64,000 nucleotides of DNA from Elusimicrobiota bacterium (GTDB lineage: Bacteria; Elusimicrobiota; Elusimicrobia; 2-02-FULL-39-32): contig JAKFYJ010000011.1 of assembly GCA_021730935.1 (NCBI GenBank), positions 3,401 to 67,400 of the forward strand, given 5' to 3'. The translations under genes were made by a program, and so were the position numbers. The number at the start of each line of letters is the position of its first letter. Positions within the stretch are counted from its first letter, which is position 1. Under the pieces are notes generated by a model, which saw nothing but the letters and a program-made list of their open reading frames with translations, did no database searches and was not told the DNA's origin. Positions 35,082 through 45,240 of the stretch are shown in pieces.

Positions 35082-36329
35082 TCAGTCCAACAAGGTGTAT
35101 CCGGCTTCGCGGTGCTGGGTGAGGTCGAGACCGATCCGTTCCTCATCTTCGCTGACGCGCAGGCCAATCACCATGTCGACCAGTTTCAGGAGAGCATAAC
35201 TCGCGATGAAAGAATAAACCGCTGTGATGACCGCGGCTTTGAGCTGAATGAGGACGAGGCCCGCATTGCCGTAAAAGAGCCCATCCGCGCCGGCGGAATT
35301 GACCGACTTTGTGGCCCAGAGGCCGGTGGCGATGGCGCCCCAGAACCCGCCCACGCCGTGAACGCCGAAAGCGTCCAGCGTGTCGTCATATCCGAATTTG
35401 ACTTTGACATAGGCCACGGAGATATAGCAAATGATGGAGACGGTGACGCCGATGCCGATGGCGCCGGCCAAGCCCACAAACCCTGCCGCGGGAGTGATGG
35501 CGACGAGACCTGCCACGGCTCCCGTGATCATGCCGAGCATCGTGGGATGGTCATTGAAAATCCAGTCCAGGGCAGACCAAACAAGTCCTGCGGTTGCCGC
35601 GGCCACATGGGTGACCACAAAGGCGTTCACGGCCAGGCCATTGGCTCCGAGGGCGCTGCCGCCATTGAACCCGAACCAGCCGAACCACAAAATGCCCGCG
35701 CCCAAAACCGCGAAGGGCAGGTTGTGGGGCGGTGACATCATGTTGGGATATCCCTGCCGTTTTCCGAGGAAAAGAGCGGAAGCGATTGCGGCCGCTCCGG
35801 CGTTGATGTGGACCACGGTTCCCCCGGCGAAATCCAGGGCTCCGTCGGCTCTCAAAAATCCTCCCACGGCCCAAACCCAGTGGCAGACGGGATCATAAAC
35901 AAGAGTCGCCCATAATAAGGAAAATACGCAGAAGGCGGAAAATTTCATGCGTTCCGCGAAAGCGCCCAAAATGAGGGCGGGCGTGATGACCGCGAACATG
36001 CACTGATAAATCATGAAGGCCGAGTGAGGGATGGTGGCGGCATAATCCGGGTTGGGGTCTGCGCCAACGCCTTTGAGCCACGCCCAGTCGAGGGAGCCGA
36101 TCCAGCCGCCGGGATGGAACGACAAGCTGTATCCAAAAAGAACCCACTGGAGAGTGACAAGGCAGGCCACGGCCATGCACTGCATGAGGATGGAAAGCAT
36201 GTTTTTCTTGCGCACGAGTCCGCCATAAAAGAAGGCGAGCCCTGGAGTCATGAAGAGCACGAGAGCCGCGCTGATCATAACCCAGGCGGTGTCGCCGGTG
36301 TTGATGGTGAGGGGTGTTGTCGGGTCCAT
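35082..36329 (-). CDS. amt: Ammonium transporter (second copy, no signal-peptide extension)
   Basis: 415 aa. Amt family. SD AAGGAGG before the ATG. Confidence 0.9.
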   Translation of the reverse strand: MDPTTPLTINTGDTAWVMISAALVLFMTPGLAFFYGGLVRKKNMLSILMQCMAVACLVTLQWVLFGYSLSFHPGGWIGSLDWAWLKGVGADPNPDYAATIPHSAFMIYQCMFAVITPALILGAFAERMKFSAFCVFSLLWATLVYDPVCHWVWAVGGFLRADGALDFAGGTVVHINAGAAAIASALFLGKRQGYPNMMSPPHNLPFAVLGAGILWFGWFGFNGGSALGANGLAVNAFVVTHVAAATAGLVWSALDWIFNDHPTMLGMITGAVAGLVAITPAAGFVGLAGAIGIGVTVSIICYISVAYVKVKFGYDDTLDAFGVHGVGGFWGAIATGLWATKSVNSAGADGLFYGNAGLVLIQLKAAVITAVYSFIASYALLKLVDMVIGLRVSEDEERIGLDLTQHREAGYTLLD

Positions 36330-36362
36330 TTAATTCCTCCTTGTAGAATTAAATTCAGACAT

Positions 36363-36411
36363 AAAAAAATCCTAACAACCGGAGATCAGGGAGATCTTCG
36401 AATCATTAGGA
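36363..36411 (-). terminator. Terminator-like leader hairpin plus U7 upstream of the second amt SD (candidate attenuator)
   Basis: mRNA sense: UCCUAA...(30 nt, partly self-complementary ggagatc/gatcttc)...UUAGGA followed by UUUUUUU. The SD and ATG follow about 25 nt later. Confidence 0.4.
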
Positions 36412-36539
36412 CATCATTGTCCAAAAAGAATATGGTTATTTTTTCGGCTCCGGAGCACAGCGTTGTGTCCGGAACGGCGGAGATAATATCAAAAAAATTC
36501 TGACATATCAAGCCGGACGCGATTTGGTAAAATGTCGAC

Positions 36540-37715
36540 ATGAGCCATGTCCAAATCGTTTCAGCGGCGCTGATCATCGTTTCAGGCGCGTTATTATACG
36601 CCAGGAATTCCTTCCGGCGGAGGCTGGAAGATCAGGCGCTCAATTTCAGCGCTCAGAGGGCGGATTTTGAGAGAGAAGTTTTCGCGCTCCGCATAAAGAA
36701 CGAGGAGTTTTCGGGAATCCTCAGGAGCATGGCGGAGCTGGTCATCGCTGTCGATCCTGAGGGCCGTATCCTTTATTTGAACCCGTCGGCGGAAAAAATA
36801 TTCCAGGTCAACAGCGGGGCGAGCATCGGGAAATCCTTTCTGGAAGTGATCCGTCAATCCACCGTGAGCGCTTTGATTTCACTGGCGCTCAAAGCGGGGG
36901 CAGAGGTTTCGGAGAGCATTCACCTCTTCCTTCCCGACGAGAAGTTTTTTGACGCGAAGGCGATCCCCCTCGTCGCCGACATGAAGACCCGCGGAGTGCT
37001 TTTGGTTTTGCATGATGTGACAGCCGTAAAAAAGCTTGAGGAAGTTCGCAAAGATTTTGTCGCCAATGTCTCGCATGAGCTCCGGACCCCTCTCACTTCC
37101 ATTCAGGGCTATGCCGAAACTTTGCTGGACGGGGCCCTTTCTGACGATAAAAATAACCGTGAATTCGTGCAGACGATCCATGACCAGGCCGAACGGCTCA
37201 GCCGGCTCGTGAACGATTTGCTGGATCTTTCCGCCATTGAATCCGGCAGAAAAACTCCGAAATCGGCGGATTTTATATTGAAGGATTTGATCGCTGAAGT
37301 CAAAAACTCCCTCTCGCCCCTCGCCAAAAAACGCGGAGTCAAAATAGACGCGGATATTCCCGAAAATCTTGTGTTCCGAGCCGATCGAGATCAAATCAAA
37401 CAGGTTCTGATCAATCTTGTGGACAACGCCGTGAAGTTCAATCGCAAGGGCGGAACGGTTTTTCTTTCAGCGTCGTCAAACGAATCCGGAACAACCCTCC
37501 AGGTGAAAGACAGCGGAAACGGAATTCCGGAATCGGATTTGCCGAGGATTTTTGAGAGGTTTTATCGCGTCGACAAAGGGCGTTCGCGCGAAGAAGGCGG
37601 GACGGGGCTGGGCCTGGCCATTGTGAAACATATCGTTGAAGCCCATGGCGGAACGGTGCGCGTTGAAAGCCTTTCCGGAGAAGGTTCGACATTTTTTGTG
37701 CATTTGCCAAAATGA
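36540..37715 (+). CDS. phoR: Sensor histidine kinase, PhoR-like (tentative)
   Basis: An N-terminal TM segment, a PAS-like region, an H-box FVANVSHELRTPLTSIQGY (very close to the E. coli PhoR H-box) and a HATPase domain. An extended -10 TGGTAAAAT ends 6 nt before the ATG, suggesting a possible leaderless transcript. Confidence 0.7.
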   Translation: MSHVQIVSAALIIVSGALLYARNSFRRRLEDQALNFSAQRADFEREVFALRIKNEEFSGILRSMAELVIAVDPEGRILYLNPSAEKIFQVNSGASIGKSFLEVIRQSTVSALISLALKAGAEVSESIHLFLPDEKFFDAKAIPLVADMKTRGVLLVLHDVTAVKKLEEVRKDFVANVSHELRTPLTSIQGYAETLLDGALSDDKNNREFVQTIHDQAERLSRLVNDLLDLSAIESGRKTPKSADFILKDLIAEVKNSLSPLAKKRGVKIDADIPENLVFRADRDQIKQVLINLVDNAVKFNRKGGTVFLSASSNESGTTLQVKDSGNGIPESDLPRIFERFYRVDKGRSREEGGTGLGLAIVKHIVEAHGGTVRVESLSGEGSTFFVHLPK

Positions 37716-37732
37716 TTGAAAAGGGAGCTGTT

Positions 37733-38149
37733 ATGAAACGAGTTTTATTCTTATGCACTGGGAATTCGTGCCGCAGTCAAATGGCTGAAGTCATGATGAA
37801 TCAACTCGGCCGCGGCGCTTATGAAGCCGTGAGCGCGGGAGCGAAGCCGGCGGGCTATGTTCACCCCCTCGCGGTTCAAACGTTGAAAAACCTTGGGTAT
37901 CCCGTCCAAGGGCTCCGTTCCAAATCCTGGGACGAGTTCAAAGGGCAATCGTTCAATCTCATTGTCACGGTGTGCGACAACGCGAAAGAATCCTGCCCCG
38001 TTTGGCCCGGGAACCCCAAAACCCTGCACTGGAGCTTTGAGGATCCGGCTCACGCTCAGGGCACAGACGAACAGAAATTGTCCGTCTTCTTGAAAATCGC
38101 GAATCAAATTGAGTCCCGCATAAACGCATTTTTATCCGAACCCGAATGA
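37733..38149 (+). CDS. arsC: Arsenate reductase / LMW phosphotyrosine phosphatase family
   Basis: CTGNSCRSQMAE P-loop. About 138 aa. SD AAAGGGAG before the ATG. Confidence 0.75.
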   Translation: MKRVLFLCTGNSCRSQMAEVMMNQLGRGAYEAVSAGAKPAGYVHPLAVQTLKNLGYPVQGLRSKSWDEFKGQSFNLIVTVCDNAKESCPVWPGNPKTLHWSFEDPAHAQGTDEQKLSVFLKIANQIESRINAFLSEPE

Positions 38150-38808
38150 ATAAAGAAAACTTGCGCAAATATCTGGCAGAGGCAATCGGGACATTTTGTC
38201 TTGTGTTCGCAGGCACGGGAGCGGCGGCTGTGAATCAGGCCACAGGCGGACAGCTGGGCGTCGTGGGCGTGGGGCTGGTTTTCGGGCTTGCGGTCCTTGC
38301 GATGATCTATACGATCGGTCCCGTTTCCGGCGCGCACATGAACCCTGCAGTGACTCTCGCCTTCGCAGTCGCGGGCCGCTTTCAATGGAAGGAAACTGTC
38401 CCTTATATGGCTGCCCAAATTGCGGGCGCCATAACCGCGAGCCTTGTTTTGAAAATTATCTTTTATGGGAACGCGACCCATCTCGGGATGACATTGCCGT
38501 CAGGGTCCTGGGGTCAGAGTTTTGCTTTGGAGTTTATGTTGAGTTTCATCCTGATGTTCGTCGTGATGGGTGTCTCGACGGACGGACGGGAAGAGGGCAT
38601 TATGGCTGGGGTTGCAATCGGCTCGATCATCGCACTGGAAGCTATTTTTGGAGGACCGATCTCCGGGGCCTCCATGAATCCTGCAAGGTCTCTGGCTCCT
38701 GCGCTCGTTTCAGGGAACTTGCAGTTCCAATGGATTTATTGGATTGCGCCGATTTTTGGAAGCATTTCCGGCGCGTTCGTTTATGCGTTGGTCTCCACCA
38801 AAATTTGA
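38146..38808 (+). CDS. MIP-family channel (aquaporin/aquaglyceroporin)
   Basis: Two NPA motifs (SGAHMNPAVT and SGASMNPARS) and 6 TM segments. Its start overlaps the arsC stop. Confidence 0.85.
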   Translation: MNKENLRKYLAEAIGTFCLVFAGTGAAAVNQATGGQLGVVGVGLVFGLAVLAMIYTIGPVSGAHMNPAVTLAFAVAGRFQWKETVPYMAAQIAGAITASLVLKIIFYGNATHLGMTLPSGSWGQSFALEFMLSFILMFVVMGVSTDGREEGIMAGVAIGSIIALEAIFGGPISGASMNPARSLAPALVSGNLQFQWIYWIAPIFGSISGAFVYALVSTKI

Positions 38809-41800
38809 TGTTTGAGCCGTTCTTTGGAATCCTGGAGCGGAACAGTTCTTGCAGGAAGAACCAAAGTTCCATTGGGCCCTTCCATGTCCCTCATCATTTT
38901 TCCGGCTTTTTCACTCCCATAAACTGAATTCATAAATTCTGACATTTCTCTCGTCGCCTCCGGGCTCAAAGCAACGGAAACCGCAAAAGGATCTGAAATG
39001 ACTCCCCCGTCCCCTGCATGGACGCCCAAAATGATCTTAAACAAGTTCGAGATTTCCCCCACAAAAATTCCAGAATCAGGCGTGATGAGAGAGAAGGCGA
39101 GGTCAGAGGTGTCCCGTCTCTCTCCCTTTTCCAAAACCTTCAGGACCGATTGAGTGAGGGGTTTTAATCCGATTTTGGTGCCCTCAGGCGTTTCGACGAG
39201 TGAATTTTCCTGCTGGAGGCGGTGGAAGTCCCATATGAAGTTTTCAGAAACGAGGCCCTGAGGAATGTCCGCCTGACGGAGGCATTCGTTCATCACCTGC
39301 GCCAGAATCTCCCGCTCCGTGTTTCCGGCCTCCAGTCCCTCAAAATCAATGAGGGGCTCATGAGAAATCAGAGCGAAGCGAATCTGTTTTTCTCGTCCCT
39401 GGGACGCCGCGTCGTCCAAAATCGCGTGGATCTGCCGGAGAGCAGAGCTGATTCCGGGCCGCGTCTTGAAACTCACGAGCCCTTCTTTATAACTGATTTC
39501 TTCAAATAATGATCTGCGGTCGATGAGGATGACCCGCGTCATTTTATTGTTCAGTGTTCCCGGGTTCCAGGGGGCGATTTCTGAAGCGTCACCCCAGGCC
39601 ATTGTTGAGAACGCTCCCATCAAGGCCTTTTCGGCGGAAACAATTTTGCTGGGCTTGTCATTTGCCACGGACTGCAAATAATCCTGAGCCCATTGTGAAT
39701 CTGGAAGCGCCGCGGCAAGCCCGGCTTGTATCTGAAGCGAAAATACGTTTCCATGAACATCTTTTTCAAGCCACGCGAGAGGTTTGCTCATGGATGGAGC
39801 GACGATTCCGAATGAAGGAACTCTTCCCCGGAGGTCGCCCGGCATGGAAGCCACAACGGCGGCGAGGTTGGGATAATCTTTTTTGCGGATGCGTTTCCCG
39901 GTCAAGAAAAAGCGCAGTCTCATAAAGAGGGAAAAAATCAGCATCAAAGGCGGGAATGCCGCTCCCTGGAGGTTCTCAACATCAGTTTTGCTGCTATTTT
40001 GTAGGGAAGTCAACCGCTCTTCGAGAACCTGTTTTTTTGCTTTGAGATCATTTATTTCCTGCTGTGCTTTTTTATCGGCATTTATTTCAGGTTTTTTTAA
40101 ATTCCCGGCTAAAAAGCGTCCGACTTTGACCGCTCCATCGCGCACGACGGTGTTGATGTCATAAGTTTTCATTTTCATCCCGCGCTCTGCCCGCGTAATT
40201 TCGTTGTCGGCAAGGCGGACTTCAATTTCTGCCAGTTTGATCTCTGCATCGCGACTAAATGTAAATTCATCGTCTAAATCCTTCTTTGCGTCTGCAAGGA
40301 TTTCTGCGGCATTTTTTCCGTCGGCGAATTTCAAAGGTGACGATGAGGGACGGCGGATCATATGATTGATTTTTGAGAGGATTTCCTCCCGTTCCTTGTG
40401 GTTTTGAGCAGAAAGGTTATCGTCAATCGCCGCCAGCCTCGTCAGGTTTTGGACGAACCATTCGGCGTATCTGGCGCGTTCTTTTTGAGACAAAAGCGCG
40501 GTTCTTTCAGCCTGCAGGGAGGCTTGCTCAGCTTCCCAATGTCTATAATCTCTTGATCTCGAAGTCCAGGACGGCAAAGGAATGACAAAGGGAACCCCAA
40601 ACCTTACGCGCAGGCTTCCCTTAACGCCCTGGTCTTTTACGATTTGCCTGAATTTCAGTTCTTGAACGCGGAGGGCCTTGAAATAGACAGAGTTGTCCAA
40701 CGATTCACGGATCAGTCGGGGGATGTCTGCATTGCTGATTTCCAACGCATTGTCTTGAGCCCCTTTAGTCTCATTCTTCTTGTCCTTATCGGCGTTTCGG
40801 GCTTGTTTTATCTCTTTTTCAAGTTTCTTTTGTTCCGCGCTCTTTCCGCTTTTGAACGCAACAGGATAAACCCGGACATCGGCGCCAAGACCCGGGGTCG
40901 TGCCGAAATTGAATCCGAGCCTCACGGACGGATCGGAACCGAATTGTTGAAGGGTGAAAGGGAGGACGGGGAACCCCACGGCAGATTGGGCCGCGAGATA
41001 TGGGTTCAAATCACTCCGATTGTGGAATAGTTTCACCAGTCCGTCGGAAAAGTTGATTGAATAGATGAATCCCGCGGGACGACCCAATCCGTCAGAACCG
41101 AAACCGGCTTTCCAGCTGAGGCCGAAATGAGAGCCCCCCACGGTGACGGCGCGATAGCTCCTCTTTGCGGTTTTGTTCCCGTCAACGAAACTGAATGTGA
41201 ACCCCTTGGGCCCCTTCGCGCTGACTGAATAAGACATCACATTCTCAGTGATGGCATTTTGGCGGATTTTGTGTTCCGGCCCCACCGAGACGGAAGCGGA
41301 CCAGAATTTTGGAGGAGCCGTGACGGTGAAAGCGGGTTTTATAAGGCCGCCCAAATGGTTTCCGGCAGGCTGGGTTGTCGGGATGAAAGTTCCGGACCCT
41401 CCGAACTGAAAGCCTTTCACTTTTGCGGTCTTGGGAGCGACTTTCATGCCGAAACCCCGCACCATGACTTCTGCCCCGGAAATTTTTCCGGGAGAGAGTG
41501 TGCGTTTATACTCATATTCTCCCATGTAAACGGCGCTCAGGGTTCCCCAGTAAAAGGCCCGGTTGAGGCCGGCGTTGACCATGGCATAGCGGTTCCTGTT
41601 TTCCGTCGGAAAATTTTGCTGGTCATTGGAACGGAGGATGTTGACTGCGTCCGCAGTGAACGACACATTTTTCGACAGTCTCGCGGAAAAATCCGCGCTC
41701 TGAGCGTTGGTTTGCAGATCATCGGTTCTTCCTCTTTCCGTAAAAATTTGAGCTCCGCCGGAAACGGCGTCGTGGGCGCTCAAGAGGCGCACGCTTTGGG

Positions 41801-44800
41801 AAAATGTGAATCTCAAAGGATCATCGGCAACATCCGGGGCTCCAGATCTCAAAGGATATTCCGCCAGCGGGCTCATTCCCACGCCGAAGGATGTGTGAGT
41901 GAGGGCCGAATTGCCACCAAAGGAATAACTGCGGATGGCGTCCCCTCGGACCGAAGCGTTCGAAGTTCCCGTGACGCGGTCTGTCGTGTTGTTGACCGTC
42001 ATAGAATAAACCGTTCCGTTGAAAGTCCCCATCGCCGTCCCTTGCTGTTGGCTCATGAGAGCGTTTGAGTTGACATTGAATGTCTGACGGTTTAACGACG
42101 TCATCTTGGATGCGTTGACCGCTTTTTTGGCGGCACGCATGGATTTGAGCAAGGCGTCTTCTGCGCTTTTTTGGGCCAGGAGATCGTTGCCGTATTGTTT
42201 TCCGGGATTCCTGTCCAATCCGTTCAACTCATCATATTTCGCCTTCAATTCCTTATTGGAAGGGTCCAAGGCCATGGCTTCCTGGAGGTCAAGCATGATC
42301 CTGGCATACTGCGCGTTGGTGTAAAAGTTGGTGGAAGGTCCGCCTGCAATGACTGCGACCGCAGCGTCTCCAACGGCTTCAACCGCCTTGTTTTGAGGCG
42401 GCGTTACGGATTTGATCTGAGGAACGGATAAATTTGACTGATCAGGATTGAGCCATGGCGAATTGTCGGGTGCGGCTTTGGCGGCATTTTGCGCGGGATC
42501 AAGAGCCGCTTCCAAATGTGTCTCTACAAGAGGAGTTTCCTCTGCAGAGGTCTCCATTTTAGGTGTTTCAGCCGGAGCAATGTCTTCGATTTGCTTTTTC
42601 GGCGTGGCGATGAATGATTTCGTTGTATTTTTGTTTTGGATATTGATGGAACGCGAGACCAAGGGCTGAGCGATCAAGGGTGACGGAAGTTCCGGCGCCG
42701 TGAGTGTTTGAACAACCGCGCTGTTCTTATTGACAGGCGGCAATCCAGGAGATTCGTTGAGGTTCAGCAGAGGAGCAATCGGCGTCAAAAGCGTGCTGAT
42801 GAGCGCGGAAGAAATGATGAGTCTTTTTAGGATCTTGCCGGATTTCTGCTGGGTCAGGGAATAGAGGATTAAAGCGGCGGTGACAAAATAGAAAAATATT
42901 GCGGCGCCATGAATGTAGGCGGCCATTTGGATTGGAGCAAAGCTGAATTTGGAGAGGGCTAAGAGAGTCAGCAATCCGTCAAAGGACAAGAGAAGCGGCA
43001 TCCTGGCAGGCGCGGAGATCCAGCGTTTCCATGAAGACGGCGACTGGGCCATGGCAGGTTCGGGATTTTGTGTTTTCAGGGTTCTGATATAAAGTTCCCA
43101 GGAAGAATTCCATCCTGCGGATTTTGCGGCGTTTGCCAAGCGCTCGATGGATGCGGCGTCGGGTCTGGGGAGAGAGGCAAGAATCTGACGGATTTCTTCC
43201 GCCGTCCTCACGATCCTAAACGACGCGCCTCGGGCTTTGTCCAAAGTCAGCATGTGGGGCGTCACTCTTCCTCGTTTGTCTTTTCTGCCGAACAAAACAT
43301 AGCTGTGGTGGCCGGCGGAGAAGGAATCGTCGGAAAGCAGGATGTCTGAGCTCCATCCGCGTTTTTCCGATTGTTCCCGAAACCATTGCCGGATCAGCTC
43401 GTTTCTCTCCTTGCCGATGCTTCCGGTTGCGGCCATGGCCATCATCATGAGGCCCATGTCCTGGACTTTCGCAGGATTGGCCAAGGGGCTCGCGGCTCTG
43501 AACGTTTGATCCTCGGCAGAGCCTGAGGGCTGAAGAATGGTGTAAGAAATGTTCTCCTTCGCGATTTCCTTCAAGGTTTCCTGAGTGTGGAATCCCCCCA
43601 TCACGAGCGCCGCTTTTTTTGCGCCGGTTGATTTTATGGCCGCAACTGCATTCTCCGCGAGGGCTTTGTTTCGCTTCTCCGCCGATTCAAAATATTTTTC
43701 CGCGAACCTTCTATGCGCCACGAAAACATCCGGGGGAAGGACGGTTTTGAGTTCAGGGAAATCCGCCGCAAAATCTTTCCAGGGCTTCATCCGGCCGAGC
43801 GAAAGATATCGGCTCCAATCTCCGGGCGCCGCCTTCAGGCTCCAGAGCCTTTCGTTCATTTCGCGCCAGACCGTGATCCTCAGCGCTTTGCTTTGCCGGT
43901 CGCTGTCGGCGATGCGTTCCAGGATCGCCAAAGAAAGGCTGTCCAACTCTCCCGCGAGGGCGTCCATCTTGACCGTGTCAAAGAGCTTGAGATATTCGAC
44001 ATAATTTTCCAGATTTCCCGTGGGCAGTCCAAACCTTCGTCCTTGGGAGAGAAGGATCGAATAATAGGGGCTTGCTTCCGTCCGTCCCAACCGAACTTCG
44101 AGGTTCATCCGGAACAATTGGGAAAGATCTTCTTTCGAAAGTTTATCCCCGAGGCGTTTTAAAAGAGCCTGGGACTGTGAGGGAACCGCAGAAAAATCAG
44201 ATTTAGGGAAGCGGGAGAGAGTGTCAAGAATTTTCCGGCATTGAGGGCGGCCTGCCAGGGCATTGTTCCATGCAGAGCGATGTTTTTCCTGCACGGACTG
44301 CGCGGCTTTCTGCAGATAATCCTCCGGGCTGATTTCACCGTCTGAGAGCAGCCGTCTGAGCTTGTCAAGATTTTTGAGTTCCTGAGAAAAGCAGGATTCT
44401 TTTATGTTGTTTAAAATGGGTTCGAGGTTCTTTAAATATTCCAAAACGGCTTTTTGGTCCCTGCGCACGCGGCCCTGAGCTTTTCCGTTTTCTTTATAAA
44501 GTTCGGGGTCTTCGATGCCCCGGATGAGGACTTTTCTCGGCGTTGTCAGGGCATAAAATTCATCGCCTCTTAAAGCGCCGCTGTCAAAAAGCTCGCGAAG
44601 GACTTGAGATTTTATTTCGGAGTCGGGGAAACTCGCAAGCGCCTGGATGTCCAGGTCTCCGGACGATCCTTCAGAAAGGATCAGGTCTGTCGATTCCCGG
44701 GAAGAATTTTGAAAAAGCACGGTCAGGGCGCGGTGGAGGTTTTTTTGAGCAGAACCGTCTTCGTGCATGTCCTGGAAATGATAAAGCATGGGAGATCCCG

Positions 44801-45020
44801 GATCGGCCATCCTCGTTTCAATGACCCTCGCGGTTTCCACGGGGAGCATGGGTTTATTGACGGCAATCTCCAGCGCGGGAGCCGGGGTCATCGCCTGGAC
44901 GGCTCTTCTCCGTTCCGACCACAGGTTGGCTTCCGCCGCGGGCGCGGCGATGGAACAATAAACCAGGATTGCGGCCAAAACGATGCGGACAAAATTTCCC
45001 GTCCGAAATTCAAAACTCAT
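38781..45020 (-). CDS. Giant secreted/membrane protein A (~2080 aa) with an N-terminal ChaN/Tiki-like domain; paralog of ORF 52500..58124
   Basis: The true start is the ATG at 45020 (MSFEFRTGNFVRIVLAAILVYCSIAAPAAEA, a signal peptide; SD GAGGAG). The track ORF extends further upstream. ChaN-like motifs: YHFQDMHED ... RGDEFYALTTP ... IRGIEDPELY ... ALVMGGFHTQ. These are followed by a hydrophobic cluster, a Pro-rich linker, a G/S/T/N-rich beta-type region, a K/E-rich coiled coil and a C-terminal domain. Confidence 0.75.
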   Translation of the reverse strand: MSFEFRTGNFVRIVLAAILVYCSIAAPAAEANLWSERRRAVQAMTPAPALEIAVNKPMLPVETARVIETRMADPGSPMLYHFQDMHEDGSAQKNLHRALTVLFQNSSRESTDLILSEGSSGDLDIQALASFPDSEIKSQVLRELFDSGALRGDEFYALTTPRKVLIRGIEDPELYKENGKAQGRVRRDQKAVLEYLKNLEPILNNIKESCFSQELKNLDKLRRLLSDGEISPEDYLQKAAQSVQEKHRSAWNNALAGRPQCRKILDTLSRFPKSDFSAVPSQSQALLKRLGDKLSKEDLSQLFRMNLEVRLGRTEASPYYSILLSQGRRFGLPTGNLENYVEYLKLFDTVKMDALAGELDSLSLAILERIADSDRQSKALRITVWREMNERLWSLKAAPGDWSRYLSLGRMKPWKDFAADFPELKTVLPPDVFVAHRRFAEKYFESAEKRNKALAENAVAAIKSTGAKKAALVMGGFHTQETLKEIAKENISYTILQPSGSAEDQTFRAASPLANPAKVQDMGLMMMAMAATGSIGKERNELIRQWFREQSEKRGWSSDILLSDDSFSAGHHSYVLFGRKDKRGRVTPHMLTLDKARGASFRIVRTAEEIRQILASLPRPDAASIERLANAAKSAGWNSSWELYIRTLKTQNPEPAMAQSPSSWKRWISAPARMPLLLSFDGLLTLLALSKFSFAPIQMAAYIHGAAIFFYFVTAALILYSLTQQKSGKILKRLIISSALISTLLTPIAPLLNLNESPGLPPVNKNSAVVQTLTAPELPSPLIAQPLVSRSINIQNKNTTKSFIATPKKQIEDIAPAETPKMETSAEETPLVETHLEAALDPAQNAAKAAPDNSPWLNPDQSNLSVPQIKSVTPPQNKAVEAVGDAAVAVIAGGPSTNFYTNAQYARIMLDLQEAMALDPSNKELKAKYDELNGLDRNPGKQYGNDLLAQKSAEDALLKSMRAAKKAVNASKMTSLNRQTFNVNSNALMSQQQGTAMGTFNGTVYSMTVNNTTDRVTGTSNASVRGDAIRSYSFGGNSALTHTSFGVGMSPLAEYPLRSGAPDVADDPLRFTFSQSVRLLSAHDAVSGGAQIFTERGRTDDLQTNAQSADFSARLSKNVSFTADAVNILRSNDQQNFPTENRNRYAMVNAGLNRAFYWGTLSAVYMGEYEYKRTLSPGKISGAEVMVRGFGMKVAPKTAKVKGFQFGGSGTFIPTTQPAGNHLGGLIKPAFTVTAPPKFWSASVSVGPEHKIRQNAITENVMSYSVSAKGPKGFTFSFVDGNKTAKRSYRAVTVGGSHFGLSWKAGFGSDGLGRPAGFIYSINFSDGLVKLFHNRSDLNPYLAAQSAVGFPVLPFTLQQFGSDPSVRLGFNFGTTPGLGADVRVYPVAFKSGKSAEQKKLEKEIKQARNADKDKKNETKGAQDNALEISNADIPRLIRESLDNSVYFKALRVQELKFRQIVKDQGVKGSLRVRFGVPFVIPLPSWTSRSRDYRHWEAEQASLQAERTALLSQKERARYAEWFVQNLTRLAAIDDNLSAQNHKEREEILSKINHMIRRPSSSPLKFADGKNAAEILADAKKDLDDEFTFSRDAEIKLAEIEVRLADNEITRAERGMKMKTYDINTVVRDGAVKVGRFLAGNLKKPEINADKKAQQEINDLKAKKQVLEERLTSLQNSSKTDVENLQGAAFPPLMLIFSLFMRLRFFLTGKRIRKKDYPNLAAVVASMPGDLRGRVPSFGIVAPSMSKPLAWLEKDVHGNVFSLQIQAGLAAALPDSQWAQDYLQSVANDKPSKIVSAEKALMGAFSTMAWGDASEIAPWNPGTLNNKMTRVILIDRRSLFEEISYKEGLVSFKTRPGISSALRQIHAILDDAASQGREKQIRFALISHEPLIDFEGLEAGNTEREILAQVMNECLRQADIPQGLVSENFIWDFHRLQQENSLVETPEGTKIGLKPLTQSVLKVLEKGERRDTSDLAFSLITPDSGIFVGEISNLFKIILGVHAGDGGVISDPFAVSVALSPEATREMSEFMNSVYGSEKAGKMMRDMEGPNGTLVLPARTVPLQDSKERLKHQILVETNA

Positions 45021-45240
45021 AAGATTTTCTCCTCGACATAATAAAATTGATGGGTAAAGTTTATCTGATTCACGGACCCATGGACATGGCGGGCAATTAA
45101 AATCTGTTTGACGGTCTGTTGACAGGAGGGAATGAGGTTTGTCATATGGATGAAACACGGATTTTACATTCGGGGCATGTGTGGAAAGCCTTAAAGGTGG
45201 TATGATTGACAGGTATAATACACACAAGGTCATCGTCCTC

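Noticed and set aside
45104-45145. CTGTTTG/CTGTTGA tandem and TTGTCAT (E. coli-type Pho-box half-sites) in the ppk1 / giant-A divergent region
   Set aside because: The spacing is 12 and 23 bp, not an 11-bp pitch. The heptamers do not match the TTTACAC-type repeats found at the other three promoters. Left as unsupported.
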